DNA of 64,000 nucleotides. Source: Acidobacteriota bacterium (GTDB lineage Bacteria > Acidobacteriota > Thermoanaerobaculia > Gp7-AA8). A program made the position numbers and the translations under genes. How positions within the stretch are numbered: the first letter of the stretch is position 1; every line of letters begins with the position of its first letter. The notes under the pieces were generated by a model. It did no database searches and was not told the origin of the DNA. It saw only the letters and a list, made by a program, of their open reading frames with translations. The stretch lies in assembly GCA_019244185.1 (NCBI GenBank), contig JAFATB010000006.1:96001-160000 (forward strand), read 5' to 3'. This document shows positions 61,529 to 64,000 of this stretch, piece after piece.

Positions 61529-62554
61529 TTAGTCCGTGAAGAAGAAGGGGCGACGGCGCGTCACGGTCTGCTGCTCGGCGCGACGGACGGCTTCCATGAC
61601 TTCGCGCTCTTGTCGCGCGCGATCCGCCCGCTGCAAGGACTGCTCGTGCGCCAGCTGCCGTTCACGCTCGGCACGTTCTGCCGCGTCGAGCGTTTCGTGA
61701 TCAAACCCGGCGTATCCGTTGACACGCACGCGGCCGTCGGTCTTGCCGAGGCGCGCGAAGTGAAAGCGCACACCGTTAGGGCCGAGCTCTGCGATCACGA
61801 AGTCATCACCGCCAAGAATCGGCGTGGGCGGATTGCCAAGAACTGCGGTTGCGAGCGCAAACGGTGATGCCCATTCGCCGGAACTGTCGCGGATGATGAT
61901 GGGCAGCGTGTGATTGCCATCCCGGGTCATCTCGACGTAGTGATTGATCGAGGACAGACCGACGGCAAGCTTCGCAAGATTCTCGTGCACGAAGCGGCCC
62001 GTCCAGTCACGATAGACCGGTTCGAGCGGCAGGTGCTCGGGGCGACCTTGAGTACCCCAGACGCGCTCGCGACCACCGCGTGCGGCGAAGGCGGCGAGGC
62101 TGCGGAACATGCCCGCGACTTCACGCTTCTCCTCGTGCTCGTCGGCAGCGCACACGTAGCGGAACCCGTGAAGCTGTCCGTCAATAGGTGATGCGGCATA
62201 CAGTGCGCCGAGGACGGCAATCTTGCGATCTGCGAGTTGATAGAGCGCCATCGCGTGCGCTCCGGGCGTGTCCATGTTGAGGATGACCGGCGCTCCTTCA
62301 GGGATGCCGTCATTGATGACGTCCTCGATCTTTGCTTCGCGGGCCTCTCCGCGCAGGCCGAACTGCGCGGCCTGCGTGATGAAGCGGTTCGCGCGACCCG
62401 GTACAGGATCCACGCCGACAACCTTCACGTTGAGCACATCGCTCTCACGCTGCAGCCGTGCGACGTGCGGGATTAGCTCGCGACCACCGTGGTTTGTACC
62501 GCCATCAAAAATCGTCAGTTCTTTCGATGCGACTGAGACAAGTGCGTTGCTCAT
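61529..62554 (-). CDS. Hypothetical protein with Rossmann/ThiF(E1)-like N-terminus and C-terminal coiled coil
   Basis: LTIFDGGTNHGG, VVGVD, VILNMDTPGAH pattern; SD AAAGGAGG; the family call is weak. Confidence 0.6.
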   Translation of the reverse strand: MSNALVSVASKELTIFDGGTNHGGRELIPHVARLQRESDVLNVKVVGVDPVPGRANRFITQAAQFGLRGEAREAKIEDVINDGIPEGAPVILNMDTPGAHAMALYQLADRKIAVLGALYAASPIDGQLHGFRYVCAADEHEEKREVAGMFRSLAAFAARGGRERVWGTQGRPEHLPLEPVYRDWTGRFVHENLAKLAVGLSSINHYVEMTRDGNHTLPIIIRDSSGEWASPFALATAVLGNPPTPILGGDDFVIAELGPNGVRFHFARLGKTDGRVRVNGYAGFDHETLDAAERAERERQLAHEQSLQRADRARQEREVMEAVRRAEQQTVTRRRPFFFTD

Positions 62555-62943
62555 ACGTCCTCCTTTGTTGCGGTGGTGTATTCGTGACTGCCGAGGTAGG
62601 TGGCGCGGTCGCGCGCCTTACGGTCGCGTTGGCGGACGCGTTCGCGCTCGAAGCGTTCGACGTACGTTCGAGCACGACGCTGGCGACGCTCGGCATCGCG
62701 TAGCCGTCGTCGTAGGTTCCGGCGCTCCTTCGTAAGGTGCACGCTCGGCGTGCGACGGCTCATGATGCTTTCAGCTAGTACCGCCCCGCCGCATGTCGTT
62801 GCCAACATCACGATGCCGATCGCGAACTCTTCGACACGGGAGCCGTCGTCGTTGCCCGCTTGCAGTGTGCGCAGGATTGTGACGGCGACCATGACGAGTG
62901 CGAATGCGGCGATCGTGGCGAGAAACCAGGGTGAGCGTTTCAT
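62551..62943 (-). CDS. Two-TM protein with basic coiled coil
   Basis: SD AAGGAGGT; ATGA overlaps on both sides. Confidence 0.7.
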   Translation of the reverse strand: MKRSPWFLATIAAFALVMVAVTILRTLQAGNDDGSRVEEFAIGIVMLATTCGGAVLAESIMSRRTPSVHLTKERRNLRRRLRDAERRQRRARTYVERFERERVRQRDRKARDRATYLGSHEYTTATKEDV

Positions 62944-63335
62944 GCAGCACCTCCTTGGCGCTTGGTTTCACTCGTGATCCAGAAGAGGAAGGACGCGAAG
63001 AGAATCGCGGGCACGAGTCGTTCGATGCCGGCGAAGCCCAAGCCACGAAAGAGCAACGTGCACCCGACGACCTCAGCGACGAAGCATGCCGTGAGCTTCA
63101 GCGTGAGAGAGCTGGATGCTTCATGGTGCGTGAGCTCATCCTCAACACGACTGAGGCGCTCGCGGTACTCCTCCACTTCCACACCCTGCAGGTCGCGACT
63201 GATGCGCGCATGCTCCATGTTCCCCACCGGGTCAAACTCGAGCGCGACACCGTTCTTGCTCGTCAGGTAGTGATCGACAGTATTGATGCCGGCGCGCGCA
63301 TCGCGACGCGCACGGCCACGCGTGAACAAATTCAT
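62940..63335 (-). CDS. Two-TM membrane protein
   Basis: SD GGAGG; MNLFTRG...; ATGA overlap with the upstream gene. Confidence 0.7.
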   Translation of the reverse strand: MNLFTRGRARRDARAGINTVDHYLTSKNGVALEFDPVGNMEHARISRDLQGVEVEEYRERLSRVEDELTHHEASSSLTLKLTACFVAEVVGCTLLFRGLGFAGIERLVPAILFASFLFWITSETKRQGGAA

Positions 63336-64000
63336 TTCGTTCCCTCCAGTTCTGCCGGCGAGACCGCATCGGTCGTGAAACTCGCAGTCCCACCAGCGTT
63401 CGAAATTGCCGCACTCCACAGCGACCGCACCGAAGCGACGCGCGAGACCGTCATCGCGCACCGGTTCTCCCCCACCGGCGCAATCCGCGCATTCGCGAAG
63501 ACCACACGCGTACCCGTGAGCGACCCGGGCGTCAGGAACGAAAGCGACTTCAGACGAGCAAGAAACTCTGTCGTCGACGGGAGGTGCTTGCACTCGAAAT
63601 CGAACGTCTCACGCGTCGACTCCAACGCATCCCCGATGACGACAAGCACCTGATTTGGATCACGACGCGAAAGCAGAATCGTGGTAATACCTGCGGCGAT
63701 CGGCGAGGAGCGCAACGGCTGCGCGTCAAAGATGACGCGCGTTGTGCGCAAGAGGTCAGCACGACTGCTCTCAACCCATTGCCGCTGCTGCGCGGAGCGC
63801 GCACGATCGCCACGAGTGCTTGCTTCTGGCGAGATCACGCGCGCCAACTCACGCGTCGTGGCCACGTCAGCACCGAACAACCAGACAGCGACAGAACTGT
63901 GCGGGCGACTTGCTGCGACTTGCAGCGCCGATTCAATGTTCGACGCCAACTCAACCTGGCCGCAGGTGCTGCCCTTCGAGACATCCAGAGCGATGACGAT
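63332..64000 (-). CDS. VWA-like domain protein, 5' end beyond the right edge
   Basis: Frame open to the window edge: IVIALDVSKGS (MIDAS-like), SSPIAAGI, VLVVIGDALE. Confidence 0.6.
   Translation of the reverse strand: MVIALDVSKGSTCGQVELASNIESALQVAASRPHSSVAVWLFGADVATTRELARVISPEASTRGDRARSAQQRQWVESSRADLLRTTRVIFDAQPLRSSPIAAGITTILLSRRDPNQVLVVIGDALESTRETFDFECKHLPSTTEFLARLKSLSFLTPGSLTGTRVVFANARIAPVGENRCAMTVSRVASVRSLWSAAISNAGGTASFTTDAVSPAELEGTK

Larger units (their letters stand above)
56475..64000. mobile_element. Integrative element inserted at tRNA-fMet; continues beyond the right edge
   Basis: Drop in GC and change of codon usage right after the tRNA; tyrosine integrase and excisionase; co-oriented coupled genes. 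Confidence 0.88.

Noticed and set aside
62551-63335. One frameshifted membrane gene
   Set aside because: The second ORF has its own strong SD (AAGGAGGT) and an ATGA overlap, consistent with two coupled genes.
56475-64000. Prophage
   Set aside because: No capsid, terminase, tail or lysis genes in the visible part.

Overview
High-GC bacterial chromosome. The gene families suggest Acidobacteriota (Thermoanaerobaculia-like), which is an inference. Five blocks. (1) 1-3.9 kb: a metacaspase fused to an unknown ~260-aa domain, followed by a TPR protein of the type that usually ends in a CHAT protease; it runs off the left edge. (2) 4-21.8 kb: housekeeping and envelope genes (L,D-transpeptidase, orphan pilin, Omp85-peptidase fusion, frameshifted VWA gene, FKBP, aceB-aceA with a RamB/ScfR regulator), plus a 21/22-bp tandem array and REP-like repeats. 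(3) 21.8-48 kb: a complete type VI secretion system (tssJKLMABC-hcp-tssEFGH, lytic transglycosylase, vgrG, PAAR). Its cargo region holds eCIS-style effectors: two DUF4157-like proteins (one with a deaminase toxin domain) and a Gln-Arg-repeat HNH-like nuclease. These are interleaved with two SAM methyltransferases and have no downstream immunity genes. (4) 48-56.3 kb: housekeeping genes (PKD lipoprotein, FadL, bacilliredoxin, M48 peptidase, ECF sigma/anti-sigma). (5) From tRNA-fMet at 56.4 kb to the right edge: a lower-GC integrated element with integrase, excisionase, an ATPase-nuclease fusion, and Zn-finger, ThiF-like, membrane and VWA-like genes. All family calls come from motif recognition by eye; no database searches were run. 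Most long ORFs in the supplied track are GC-rich shadow frames.
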